The notes under the pieces were generated by a model. That model worked only from the letters and a program-made list of their open reading frames with translations, did no database searches and was not told the origin of the DNA. A program made the translations under genes and the position numbers. This document shows, piece by piece, positions 1-13,179 of a stretch of 64,000 bases of DNA; the stretch's first letter is position 1; the number at the start of each line of letters is the position of its first letter. Source of the DNA: Pecten maximus (taxonomy: Eukaryota); NCBI RefSeq assembly GCF_902652985.1, contig NC_047025.1:35278001-35342000 (forward strand). Direction: 5' to 3'.

Positions 1-2563
1 ATGATTTTTCAATTAAATGTAATGGATGATTTTATCAGACTGTATTGACATCACTTAAAGTAATTGAGTTGGCTTGATTTACTGATTTGATTACCAATGG
101 TTTGTTTTTAATTGGACCTTCAAAGACATGAACTTATTTATTGTAATTGTTTTGTACAGCTAAAACCAATCTTGCTACAAATTCTGAAAGCTTATTAACT
201 CAAGATTAATATTTAATTTGTACACACGAATTTCTGCAATTTGGCAGCAGCAAAAAGTTATGATCAATTCAGAATTAATGTAATTGTGTTTTTTTCATAG
301 AATCTTGACTAGTGTAACAGGATGATTTGGCATATAATCAATGTTATTGACTTGTTGATAAAAAAAATTAAATTCCAACCATGATCACAGGAGATTAAAC
401 CAGTTATCAAAGATCCCCTCTGTCAAGAATAATTTTTATCATAAAATGTCTGTATTAGGACCAGGAAATACCTTTATGTTAGCTTATTATGGCACTGGAA
501 TCTTGTGTATGAGGTAAGGTCTGACATTCAATTGTGTGGGGTAAAAGACACCATGTTATGGTTACTTGTTCCTGATCTATTTGTGTTCTAGGATAATGGC
601 ACACGTTAATGCTCCTTTGACAGTCCACTAGTTACACAGATTCATAGTGTGTAGTGAAGTTTTTATTATGCTCGAAGTAAAATGGCAGTCAATAATGGGG
701 TTTTTTTTTTCGTTTTGAACTCCAAAACAAAAAAATAAGTTTTGTTGAGTTCATAATCAATTTGGAAATTTTAAGATGATTTTAATTTGACATTAGGCTT
801 GCTGTTACATGTATATAATTATGGTAGGTGATCATGAATATATAATAAGGGCCTTCACAATAAGTGTTTGATACTAACTACTGACAGTGTGGACAATGGT
901 GCGTGTAGGACCACTGTTTCTAAAATAGTCAAAATAATATACCTGTACGTAATAAACAGGAATAATGCAGGTGTGTACTTGTGAAGTTTGTAAGCTCCAA
1001 CAGACTGACACGACATAAAGACACTGTTAGAGTACATTGAACAATTTGTCATGCAAGCGTTGTGTCATTTCAGTGGATATTTTGCATGCACCTTCTGTGA
1101 ACTGGAAGGTTCTGTTTTAATGTACTTTTGTATCAACTAGTGATTGAGGTTTTACAAAGCAGTAATCCCATTGTGTATTGATTAACATCATAGTCACTTG
1201 TGTAAAAACTTGCCAGCATTAAGTGATTGTTAGAAACTGTATTGGGGTAAAACAACACAATCTAAGAAACTTTGGTCCGTTTTCTTTTCGGGACAGGTGT
1301 TCTAGGCGAATCTTAGCCTCGGTATTAAACAGGAGTCCAAATGGTGGCCACCACTCTTAACCAAGGTGGAGATTTGTTGGGTATTACTGCCAATTCTATG
1401 CTTGACGTCGCCACCAAACATGTATACTGGAGTGACGCAAAGCTGGATTTGGGAGGATTAGGGACAAATATTTTTAAATTCTTAATTTACAACAGGGTGA
1501 ACAAGTGAACCCTAGATCTTGTCTGTAGGGATATTATATATAATTCCATGTAAAGCAAACACTTCCTTATGAAATCCAACTCTATACTTGTCAAACATAT
1601 TTCAATAAACTTTGTAGGTGGGATTCTGGCTGGTGGTAGATAGTGGGTCTGTGGATGTACTATTTAAGGCGGACCAATTGTCAGCACATTAGTTATGATT
1701 CATAATGACTCCCCCAGGAAAGTATTTATCAGGGAAGGGGGGTACAGAGATGGGCAGAGGACACACAGGATGTATGTACTGTGGTAGAATGTAGTATAGT
1801 TCTGGCAGTATATGTAACATGGGTTTGAATTTTTGTGATAGTGTATCAACTTTGTATTTAAACCTTGGTTATCTTGGCTGATACTGATATTTTATCAGCT
1901 TCCTAACACAGGATATTAAGCTGCTATTATAGCTCTTTAATAGCGAGTAAGTGAAAAACATTTTCATTCACATTTTTTGAAGTTTTAACAACAGTAAAAA
2001 CTCAGTTTATAGTGCTGTTTTTTCCACATATCCTATCAATATCTCTGCCCTGGCCCTAAACCTGTATCCCACACAAACTTCATTATTTTATAAATATTTA
2101 TTGAGGAAGTACACCTCAATGTTTTTCCCAAGTGTGGTACATTTCTCTGTCTGCGGATGTTATCAGTGTGGTAATCCCAGGTTAAATGTGAGGTGGTGGT
2201 GTGCTGGGCAACAGAGACTCAATAATTGGTTTATACACATGTTGGACAGCTTGGTTGACTGACTGGCAACAAGCTGCAGTCTTTTGTTTCTGATGCATTG
2301 TCTGAACATCCCCAGGATTAGGAGATTAGGCCCCAGATAATGACCTCCACTTCCTGTGTATTGGGATAATCTCCATGAAACACTCCTCTGCTTGGCAAGG
2401 GAGCTTGCTCATGGACCAGTGCTGTTTGAATTATATGTTTCACATTGCTGGAATCACTTATCTTTGTAGGGATTAACACAGCCATATACACAAGGGCTCT
2501 TGTATGGGACGGGAATTGCCAGGGGAGATAATAATGTTCAGGGCTAGTTGAAAGTCTGTTGTG

Positions 2564-2703
2564 CTAGTTTGGTATGCCATGTTTTTAGCACAAACATTGG
2601 TATAAAACCTAGTTTGGTATATGCCATGTCTTTAGCACAAACATTGGTATAAAATCTAGTTTGGTATATGCCATGTCTTTAGCACAAACATTGGTATAAA
2701 ATC
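2564..2703. repeat. ~46-bp tandem repeat x3
   Basis: Unit ctagtttggtatatgccatgtctttagcacaaacattggtataaaa. Confidence 0.9.
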
Positions 2704-3000
2704 TTTTGACCTCATCATTGCACATTGCTAACATAAAGCCAAAAATCACCATTTTAGATAGATTTCAAAGAATGTCATGAAATAGAATAGTGTTGTGCCT
2801 CAAGCAGTATAATATATTAGTATATTACAATTTAAAGCAGTATTATAGAATATCATTATGTTTTGAAGTAGTGATGAAGATTTCTTTTATTTGTGTAACA
2901 TTTAGGCATCTGTATCAGTGATGTAGATGTACTGTAGAGGTGGCGGTGTCTGAGAACCACCATTCACAAGAATGTCAGCTGGGAGATATGGAGATAGGCC

Positions 3001-3688
3001 ACTGAGTGATTCTGTTTAGCAGGTCACCCTTATATTACTTACTGAATGATTCTGTTTAGCAGGTCACCCTTACTTACTGAATGATTCTGTTTAGCAGGTC
3101 ACCCTTACTGAATGATTCTGTTTAGCAGGTCACCCTTACTGAGTGATTCTGTTTAGCAGGTCACCCTTACTGAGTGATTCTGTTTAGCAGGTCACCCTTA
3201 CTTACTGAATGATTCTGTTTAGCAGGTCATCCTTACTCACTGAATGATTCTGTTTAGCAGGTCACCCTTACTGAGTGATTCTGTTTAGCAGGTCACCCTT
3301 ACTGAATGATTCTGTTTAGCTGGTCACTCTTACTTACGGAATGATTCTGTTCAGCAGGTCACCCTTACTGAGTGATTCTGTTTAGCAGGTCACCCTTACT
3401 GAGTGATTCTGTTTAGCAGGTCACCCGTACTGAATGATTCTGTTTAGCAGGTCACCCTTACCCACTGAATGATTCTGTTTAGCAGGTCACCCTTACTGAA
3501 TGATTCTGTTTAGCAGGTCACCCTTACTGAATGATTCTGTTTAGCAGGTCACCCTTACCCACTGAATGATTCTGTTTAGCAGGTCACCCTTACTGAGTGA
3601 TTCTGTTTAGCAGGTCACCTTTACTGAATGATTCTGTTTAGCAGGTCACCCTTACTGAATTATTCTGTTTAGCAGGCCACCCTTACTC
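3001..3688. repeat. 31/35-bp minisatellite, ~21 copies
   Basis: Unit actgaatgattctgtttagcaggtcaccctt. Confidence 0.97.
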
Positions 3689-4582
3689 CAGCATTTGCCA
3701 TTCCATCAGTAGGCCAGCACTATAAATATCTAGTTCACTCATATGATCACTGATGTAAAAAAAATCCCAGGCCACATTCATGTCAATCCTATGTACAATC
3801 AAAATTTACAAAATCTTAAATGGATCAGGGTTAGGTATGGGGTTCGGTATCTTCGGTGGTAAACGTTCTCTGAGCGCATGTTAGCCAGGCTGTGTAACTT
3901 TTGTACGTGTACATTGTGTACCAGAACACTTGTTTATCCCCCTCAGATGGCTATTAATAGAACTACAGGTCTATATTTAGGAAGAATTCTGACCATTAAC
4001 TACAGTTCCGCAATATTTCACTGATACAAATCCCATTCAAGAATATTACCACAGTGTGGCTGTTACTGAGGAGATAGTGTGAATTGACATAATCCAGTAA
4101 AGTGAAAATACAGTATTGCGTATTGACATAATCCAGTAAAGTGAAAATACAGTATTGCGTTTAAACTACTGAAGTAAAACCAGATGACATATGTATATAG
4201 GACAAGTCAATTAATGTTATGCTAATAGATGATATTATCATAACACATATACGTTATTTTTATTTTGCACATTAAATTTTATTTATAGAGATCTAGAGGA
4301 AAGGCTACAATGCAGGGGAACATTTCAATGTCTGACTAGCTTCGAATTTAGTTTTCATTTTTCCCGTGTTTGATATTTACATGAAATTTAGTAAAAGCAA
4401 TAAGTGTTTTTGTTCACCTATAAAAGTTTTAATGAAGAATTAGATATGAATTCATGGTTGGTACTTTTTGGTGAGGTAGGAATCTGAATGTAACACTCAT
4501 TGTGCTCATATCTGTAAATGTTAGAAGGACCCTGGATAACTATTCCTATAATGGTATCTGTTATTCCTTGTATCTAAAGTCA

Positions 4583-5132
4583 TTTGGTACAATGTTCCTT
4601 TATTTCTTTTGGATTAGTTAGTTTCAACCTATATAAAGTTCGGTACGATGATCCTTTATTTCTCACAGATTAATTTCCACCTATATAAAGTTCAGTGCAA
4701 TGATCCTTTATTTCTCACAGATTAATTTCCACCTATATAGAATTTGGTACAATGATCCTTTATTTCTCACAGGTTAGTTTCCACCTGTCGTAAAGTTTGG
4801 TACAATAATCTTTTATTTCTCACAGATTAGTTCCCTTTATTTCTCGCAGATTAATTTCCACCTATATAGAGTTTGGTACAATGATCCTTTATTTCTCACA
4901 GATTAGTTTCCACCTGTATAGAGTATCAATGATCCTTTATTTCTCACAAATTAATTTCCACCTGTAGAGTTCAGTACAATGATCCTTTATTTCTCACAGA
5001 TTAGTTCCCTTTATTTCTCACGGATTAGTTTCCACCTATATAGAGTTTGGTACAATGATCATGATGGCTTAGTTTCGACCTATATAGAGTTTGGTACAAT
5101 GATCATGATGGTTTATTTGCGACCTATATAGA
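4583..5132. repeat. Degenerate ~52-bp minisatellite
   Basis: Unit tttggtacaatgatcctttatttctcacagattaatttccacctatatagag. Confidence 0.9.
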
Positions 5133-6609
5133 GGAGAGTTAACTATATAGCTACTTGATTTACACGTTCACACTGCCAACTTTATCTTGGATTTAGGTTT
5201 ATCTCCTGGCTAATCTATGCAACTGCCATTTCTTTTCCGTTCTGTTGGTAAATATATGCTGAGGTCTCATCTGAGGGCCATGGACTATCACTAGATGAGA
5301 GGAGATATATCTGTTCACAATGTCTTAAGAATAAGACATTTTTGTAGATGAAACCATTTGTTTTTCAATGATAAGAATATTGTACTCATTTACATGTACA
5401 GATAAAAGATTTTTTATTTGTAGTGCTATAAATTAGTATCATTGAAATATTCATGTGGTGATGTGTAGGTTTTATGATAAATATATAATAATGCAGGAAG
5501 ACACTCCTGTGGGGAGCCCCCGTAAATAACAACACAATAGTAGGAAAAGCACCTGCGAAGCTGACACCTTTATACGCTTCAGTGTTATAGCAGATTTAGT
5601 GGTAGGGGGAGGGCGGTGGGGTTTTCTACCCTATATATCTCACAATGAGCCAGTACTGCCGATCAGCCACTGTCATACGATCTTGGAAATCAATTTACTA
5701 AACATTATTATTATTCATTAAGCAGGTATATTAGGTTTTTGCCTTCAGGCTTGCCCCCATCCTGCTTTTGCTAAACACACTGCCATCTTTTTACTTGCCG
5801 TCTCACAATGTTGAAAACAGAGTGGTAATTCAGAGGCTGGCAGATGATCATGAGGCACGCCTGCTCCATACACAAATGGCAGATTTAGGACGGGGCTGTA
5901 TTCTCAGCACGACTCAGGAGCAAGATCATTGTGTGGCAAGCAGTGTAGTTTTAAATATATTTTAAAAGCATATCGGTTGCCGCTTCCTGATATTAAACTT
6001 TATCAGTTTGTGGGTGAAGTATCTTTGGTAGGGTATTACTGGAAATTGGACTGAATTTGCAGCCGATACACATTATGTGAGCTTATACTGGGATTCAGAA
6101 GCTACATAATTGTTTATCAGTAATAGTGCTAATATGTTTTAAGTGGGAAATATTTAATTCTGGTATAGAGCTACATTGTACAGACAGTAGCCATTTACAT
6201 ACAGACGGTTGACCTTGATGGAAGTGATGCCAAGGTCATTGTCCAAAGCACTCTACCAATATAATGTAATATCTGTGGTATTCTGATACAGCATCTGTAT
6301 GAACACTCATTTCTTGATGGTACTGTGACCTACAGTTATAACTGTTGTTCCTCTGCTGCTATAGGCAATTTGAAGTACATGACCCTATTCCTGGCATGAT
6401 ATATTTAATAATGTAGGTACCCACTTTTATAGCTAGGTAGATGAACAACCAGACTTATGATTAAAGTATATATGATTATGATGGCCATAATTTTGTTGGC
6501 AGGGGCCAGGTCATAGATATGATGTTTTGGAAAGTTGATGACTTATAATTAAAACAGGATTTTATTGGTAGAGTTCATAGATATAATGTTTTGGACACAA
6601 GTTGTTGAC

Positions 6610-7070
6610 CTATAATTACGTCTCCCCTTTGAATGAAGGAAGACATTGTATTGGTACTGGTTCTTAAAATAATAACAATGATTTCTTGTTCTGCCATAAC
6701 TTCTGAACCGTTGACGATATATTGATGTAACTTGTAGGATACTTGCATCACCTAAAGCTGATGTGCAGTACACTGCTGTTTGGTCACTATGACCTTGACC
6801 TCAAGGTTAAAGGTCAAATAAGTGCAAATTTTACATTAATTTGTTTGTCTAGGCTATAACTTCTATGCTGTTGAAGATGTCTTGATGAGACTTGAAGCAT
6901 ACTTGAATCACCTTAAGCTGATTTGCAATGCACTGTAATTAGTCACTGACCTTGCTCACTGACCTTGACATCAAGGTCAAACAAGTGCAAATTTTACATA
7001 AATTTCTTGTTCAGGCCTAAAGGTAAAAGTTCAAATGAGTGAATGTGTTCACAAAAACAATCTCTAGTTA
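6610..7070 (-). mobile_element. Degenerate HINE-like fragment, same family as 12185-13170
   Basis: Shares the tctccccttt-gaa-gggagac hairpin region and ccataacttctgaac.gttga.gatat.ttgatg.aacttg with 12190-12320; gaccttgacc motifs. Confidence 0.5.
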
Positions 7071-7748
7071 AAAAAAAATTTTTTTGGTAGATGTCATAGT
7101 TATGGTGTTTTTATACAAGTTTTTGACCAATATTTAAAACATGATTTTATTGGTAGAGGTCATAGTTGTGGGTCATGGTGTTTTGATCAGCTAATATGGA
7201 TCAGGTGTATGCATTGGTTATCTAAAGGCTGATTTCTCTGGCATTTTCTTTATTGTATATCTTGTTAAAAGAAAATTGAAAAAATATTAATCCGTTTGAG
7301 CTTCAAGTCCAGTTTGCTATCTCCACCATTTCAAATCAATTACAATGCAACTTTAAATTCACGTCTTGAGATGCAAATGGAGCCGATTGGATCGATGAAG
7401 TTGTAAATCTATGCGATGGTGCACATTGTTTGAGGTCTATTTTATCAGATGGCTTCGTTTGCTGTCACAGTTCTTCATTGTAAGAAATAAATTTATTCAA
7501 TAAGAAACATGTAATCATGTTTTGAAAATAATATCTGAAAAAAGAAAGAAAAATGTTTGAAGATGGTTTTGTTCAGGTACAATACTTTGATATTTGATTT
7601 GTTTGGATGCAATATGACCACTAGGAAATCCAGATGAATGTTTGAGGTATGTTTAAACCAGATATTATTTCACATGCTTAGATTATGTACTAAGTGACAG
7701 ATTGTATATTTGGATGTGACAATTAACTCTAGTCTTTTTTATTTTCAG

Positions 7749-8102
7749 CACTGGAAGGATGTGTCAACTTCTGCGAAGGATTTCATTGACAAATTACTGA
7801 TAGTGGACCCGAATGTGCGGATCGGGGCCAACCAGTCTATAAATCACACGTGGCTGGTGACCAATGCTGCCAGCTCCAGCAACAAGAACCTTCATCGTAC
7901 AATAAGTCAGAACCTCATACACAGACAATCCATCCGTGCCAACAGTACGAAAAGTGCCAAATCAACGCGATCAACTAAAAGCAATAAGTCCAATCGATCT
8001 GGCCGCTCGTTACGGTCGGAGCACAGGCGTGTTCAGCCGGAGGAAATTGATGAGCTTCATCGTGACCCAGATGTACAGGCAGACCTGGCGTCCCTGGGTT
8101 GA
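7749..8102 (+). CDS. PSKH1: Serine/threonine-protein kinase H1, final coding exon (end of kinase domain plus C-terminal tail)
   Basis: Acceptor tctttttttattttcag ends at 7748 and the exon opens in phase 0. It reads HWKDVSTSAKDFIDKLLIVDPNVR...HTWLVTNAASSSNKNLHRTISQNL...STKSAKSTRS...*, matching the remembered PSKH1 tail (W..VS..AKDFIDRLL.VDP...AASSSMKNLHRSISQNL...STKSAQSTRS). The upstream kinase exon(s) lie outside the window. Confidence 0.93.
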   Translation, partial: HWKDVSTSAKDFIDKLLIVDPNVRIGANQSINHTWLVTNAASSSNKNLHRTISQNLIHRQSIRANSTKSAKSTRSTKSNKSNRSGRSLRSEHRRVQPEEIDELHRDPDVQADLASLG

Positions 8103-11100
8103 GGTGCCCTTCTGGTCTATATACTGGTTTCTACATTTGTTTGTTCCATAACATCGAACCTACTGCCATGTCACAACGATAACCTCCACCAAGGAGAGTT
8201 CTCGCTCAATCTTTTACTTTTCGTCCCGTCCTCATCCATAGGATGGAAAGGATTTGCGAGCCAATGCAAGTAAAAGAGAATTGACCTTTTCAGGAACCAC
8301 AGTTTGTTCAGAGTGTTTCACGCCTGATGGACTTAATCTCGGGGAACTGTACACATTTGTTATGTTGCTGGAGTCACACAAACTATATGGCTGTGTCTTC
8401 TCTCATAGAAGGATATATAGACCACCATCCATCCCACCACACATATTTCCCTCCCGTCCAGATCGATACACCTAATCCTTTATGGGGATATCTCCAAAAC
8501 ACAGACTTCATCTATCAATTACTATTATCAGTGATATATTTGTTGTCATTCATGTCAACACTTCTCCATCATGCCTGTTATACCCCCTTCCAAGTAAAAG
8601 AGCTGTTCCATCAAATGTGTAAACAACCTTTCCTTACACTAGCTGATTGTTTCCTTACATGTATATAACCTCCCTTTCCCTAAATAGCTGTAGCTGTTCC
8701 ATTACACCGGCAGCCTCCCCTAACATTGTTGTAGAGATTGGACACCCTGTGGAGTAGCAATAACATGCTGGGGAAATACAGCAACTTGTGTGTGGACAGA
8801 TCAAAACAATGTAGAAAAACTCTCTAATTTTATTTTGACTTTTATGCTACAGAATGTTGTAGTGTCTTTTTACAAATGATGTTATTATTTGTAGCTGTGA
8901 TACAAATTGTTCTCCCTCCTGTAACTTTATCAAAAGTGCTTTAATTGTATGGCCATGGCCATTTTGTTCAGGTATATGTTTATCTGTCAGGTATTTTTTG
9001 TAATTTTTATGGCAATTATTTCTTTTTTTTTATGTTAACTGCTCTTTTGATCACAAAGTTAGATGATCACTTGCTTAAATGTTATAGGCATATCGTATGT
9101 ATGATCAATGACAACAGATCTTGTGATTTGATGTCATATTCTGAAGGTCATAGGGAAAAACTTGTGATGTGCTAAAGTCCTGGTGTAGCTTTAACATCCA
9201 AAGGTTAAAGGTGCCACCATGTTAAAGGGTTGCCTTGGCGATGTTTGTGCCAAATGTTTGTTGGTTACTGAGTGTTATAGCTTTGTTAATCTAGTCAGTG
9301 TTGCTATGGTGTCATCACTTCGGTGCACTCCCTACATTTCGAGTTGGAGAGTTTGACTATAGCTCAACAGATCTAGAGGAGACAGATCAGCTCGATTACA
9401 AATGTAGAGTGTCCTTATTTTGAAAAAGAAGTTTGTTTATTGAAAAGATAAAACGTTTATTGTAAAGATAAAACTTTTTATACTGCTATATTTAGAAAAG
9501 ATACATTTCTTTGAAACAATCTATGAAATGAAGTCTTTTTCTTGACGTGGTGTATTTGTTCAGGTAAAATATCAATAGTAATTGTAAAAACTAAGTTTAA
9601 TGATACCAGGGATGGTTTTCTGTCTTAGGTCAGTTAGAGGTCATGGTTTTCTGTCTTAGGTCAGTTAGAGGTCATGATAAACAAGTGCTGTTTTTAAGAT
9701 TTAGTTATTTTTACCCCACCACCCTCTTCTTTTATCAGTTTTGCCTTTCCAGTTTGTTTTTTTTTTATATATATATATTTTAGTAATTTAGAAAGCTGTT
9801 TGGATACTAGTGCTAATTTGTTAATGTTATATTAATGTAAACTTTCTATACATGTATTTGTTGAATTCCATATGTCTCTTTCACAGATTTCCCCCCATGT
9901 TTTAGTCATAAGTAAATTTTACTAATCAGTAGAGTAAAAATGAAAAGTGAATAAATTGTTTTGGTTCAAAAACAGTATGCAGGTGAAACTTGAAGTGAAA
10001 ATTGAATCAGGATAATTAATTTGCATTGGTGTACTTTGGGTTTAAATAGTCAAGTGTCTGTGTTATAGATCAGTTCCTATATATGTAGTAGTTCCAGGTC
10101 TTTACAATAGTAAAGCATCTAAGATATTATCAGGGCATTTGCCATTTGAATATCTGTCGCTTTTTCACCAGTTGATTAAAATATTTCTCATGACACTGGA
10201 GTACCATTGGTATCTGACTTTAAGCTGTTGAGTATAGGCGATTCCCCAATGTCTTTAGTAATCCACTATCATTGCATCCCAGGGGTCCATAGGTTGCATC
10301 TCAGAATCCTTAATTAGCACTTGGGGTAATTAAGTGGGAGTTGATAATGAGTATCAGGGTTTCCATGACTTAGTACTGTCCATTGTTTTCATCATACTCA
10401 TATTTTTATAACAAGTATAATGTAATGTTTGTAACAGGATCTATCGGATGATTCAGGCATATTGACAATTGGCGATCTCTGCCCAGTCATGGTAAACGTG
10501 ACAGTTGCCATGGCGAGTACACTGTGGAAGTGTACAGCTGATGTACAGTATATTATGTACATTATGCAGCGAACTCTGTCCCCTTGTGTACAGTCATTAA
10601 GACTGAATTTGTGTACATATTGCTGTAATTAATGTTGTTCACAAGGTGAAGATGTGTCCCGAAGGTCCACAAAAGGTTGATGACCCAAGGACTGGATTTT
10701 AAGAAGAAAAGATTATTGGGTCAAGTGACCAAATCAATATACATGTATGTGTTTAAGATATTTTGTTTAGAAAATGTAGAATTTTATATTTCACAAAACT
10801 GATAATGAAATTGAGAAGAATTGAATTGCAGATTGAAGTTTTTTTTTGTCCAAATATTAGAATCAAGAATAAGTTATGATCAATTACAAGAAATGACTCG
10901 ATACAAATGATGTACATAACTTATGACATTTTAAATATCCTTTTAGATACCTAAAGGTTTATGTTTCCTAGTAACCATGGTAACAATGTTCTGTCCATTC
11001 TACCACATATTTATATTGGGTCCCTCCCATTTAACTTGTAGCACAAGTAGCAGATCAATCAAGTGTTGTGCATCACCATAGCCTTAGTGTTTGGAAAATT

Positions 11101-12060
11101 TCTGATTAAAATGTTTCTAATAATGTATGCACACATTCAAACTTGGTAGCAGTTTCAGTTTATTTTGTAGTTATTTAGATCATCAGGTTTATCTGAGAAA
11201 AAGTAATCATTTTGTGAATGTGTTTTGACAGATCATGTATTTAAAATTATTAATAGCACTAAAATTAAATACTAGGTCAGTAAAATGTGTTAAAATGACT
11301 CAAGATTCAAACATTCAGATGATTATGTTTGATAGGTATATATGGTGATGAAAATCACATTTCAAAGGTTTAGACTTGACAGTTCCGTAAACGTATGACA
11401 AATCATGTGTTTAAATCATACGTATCAATAAGTATCAATAATCCTGCAAACTTGGATAATTTTTGTTGTCGCTTGAAAACTTATATTGGGTGATAGTTAA
11501 CAAATCGAATAATATCTCCAACCAAGGTTGTTATGGGAGAAAAGTACTTTGAGTTATAGGTGATTGTCCATTTGAACAAAAAAGCTTATGTCAAAACACA
11601 AATTTTGGAAACATGCCTACTTGATTTAAAGAAGTACAATAAGAGAACCTGCAGCCTTTAATTTTAGTGGTTTACAGAATTGTAAAAGCAGATGAAATAT
11701 TTATTTGTGTGTGTCTGTGCTAGTTACAGACCAAGTGTATACTTTTTTAACAATCATATTTTTCATCCTATATTATTTTATTACAATTAACAAAACCGTC
11801 CAGTTTTTTGTTGCTGAGCAACTTATTTTACCATTTAACAGAAACCGTCCATATTTTAATCACAAGTGTGATTTTAAAGACATATACATTAAACTGTTGA
11901 TAGTTTTTTTACTTGGGTTATTGTTGAATGCCGACTGGACGCAACTTACTATGAGAGTGCTGTTTCCTCGTCGGGTATTTGTGTTACAAGTGCTGTCATC
12001 TTCATGCGTTAGTGATCAGTCCGATCTGTAGGTGTTAACATACAATAAACTTTATTATTT
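8103..12060 (+). other. Probable long PSKH1 3' UTR
   Basis: About 4 kb free of large tandem arrays after the stop codon. AATAAA at 9950-9955 and 12044-12049, the latter followed by a T/GT-rich tract. The end point is inferred. Confidence 0.5.
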
Positions 12061-12184
12061 AAACTGTCGCAAGTCTTCTGTTGTTTTTCTTCTGGATGGT
12101 AAATGTGTTGAGGAATCCTACAGTCCTTGTCGCAGATCACGAATTTTGGAGTTTGAAGTTTTGAAAATTAAGGATATCAATTTG

Positions 12185-13170
12185 TGTAATTCTCCCCTTT
12201 GAAGGGAGACATTTTATTAGCATTGGTTCAACCGTTCTTCTCCTGGTTCTTCTAGTTATAATTTCTCGGCTGGGCCATAACTTCTGAACAGTTGAAGATA
12301 TGTTGATGAAACTTGATACAGCATGTAAAGCCGACATACAGTATGCATGCACTGTCGTTACGTCACTGTGACTTTGACCTCTAGTTCAACCAAAAGCAAA
12401 TTTTTCAATTTCTTGTCCAAATCAAACATTCTACACTTTTGAAGATCTGTTGATCAAGTTTGTAGCATCCTTTTTAAAGTACTGTAGGTCACTGTGACTT
12501 TGACACTGTTGAAGATATGATAATGATACTTGCAGCATAGTTGAAATTACATAAAGACAATGTGCAGTGTATTGACATTAGGTCACAGTGACCTTGCCTC
12601 AAAGGTAAATAAGTGCAAATTTTCCAATAATTTCTTGTCTTGATCATAACTAATAAACCGTTGCCGATATTTTGATGAAACTTGGAGCATACTTGTATCG
12701 CCTCAATGTCAAAGGCAAATTTTCCAGGCCAAACTTTCTACACTTTTGAAGATATGTTGATGAAACTTGTATCGTAGTTACACCTCTAAAGATGATGTCA
12801 GATGTCAAATAGTGCTAATTTTTTCCAATAATTTGTGTCCAGACAGTAACTTCTTAACATTTAAGGACATCTTAATGAAAACTGCTGCATATCTTAATCA
12901 CCTACTGACGATGTGCAGTGTGCATGCAATCATTATCATTGCAAACTTGTCCTCAAGGTCAAAGGTCGAGTTAGTGCGAGTTTTGTTCAGGCTAAAACTT
13001 CGTATCCATTGAAAATATCTACAAAACTCTAACTTTATCTTAAGGTCAAATGTCATATTTTTTTTAATAATATCTTGCCTAGCAATAATATTTAAATCAT
13101 TAATGATATTCTAATGAAAGTTGCTGTATATTTTTATCACACAAATAAAAAATGCAGTGTGACATTGACC
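12185..13170 (-). mobile_element. Degenerate HINE-like element with decayed internal repeats
   Basis: Terminal hairpin tctcccc-tttgaa-gggaga, plus repeated gaagatatgttgatgaaactt and gtgaccttg motifs. Confidence 0.55.
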
Positions 13171-13179
13171 TTCAGCTCA

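Noticed and set aside
7936-8668. ORFs overlapping or following the PSKH1 stop
   Set aside because: Alternative-frame or 3' UTR ORFs with no recognisable homology or splice support.
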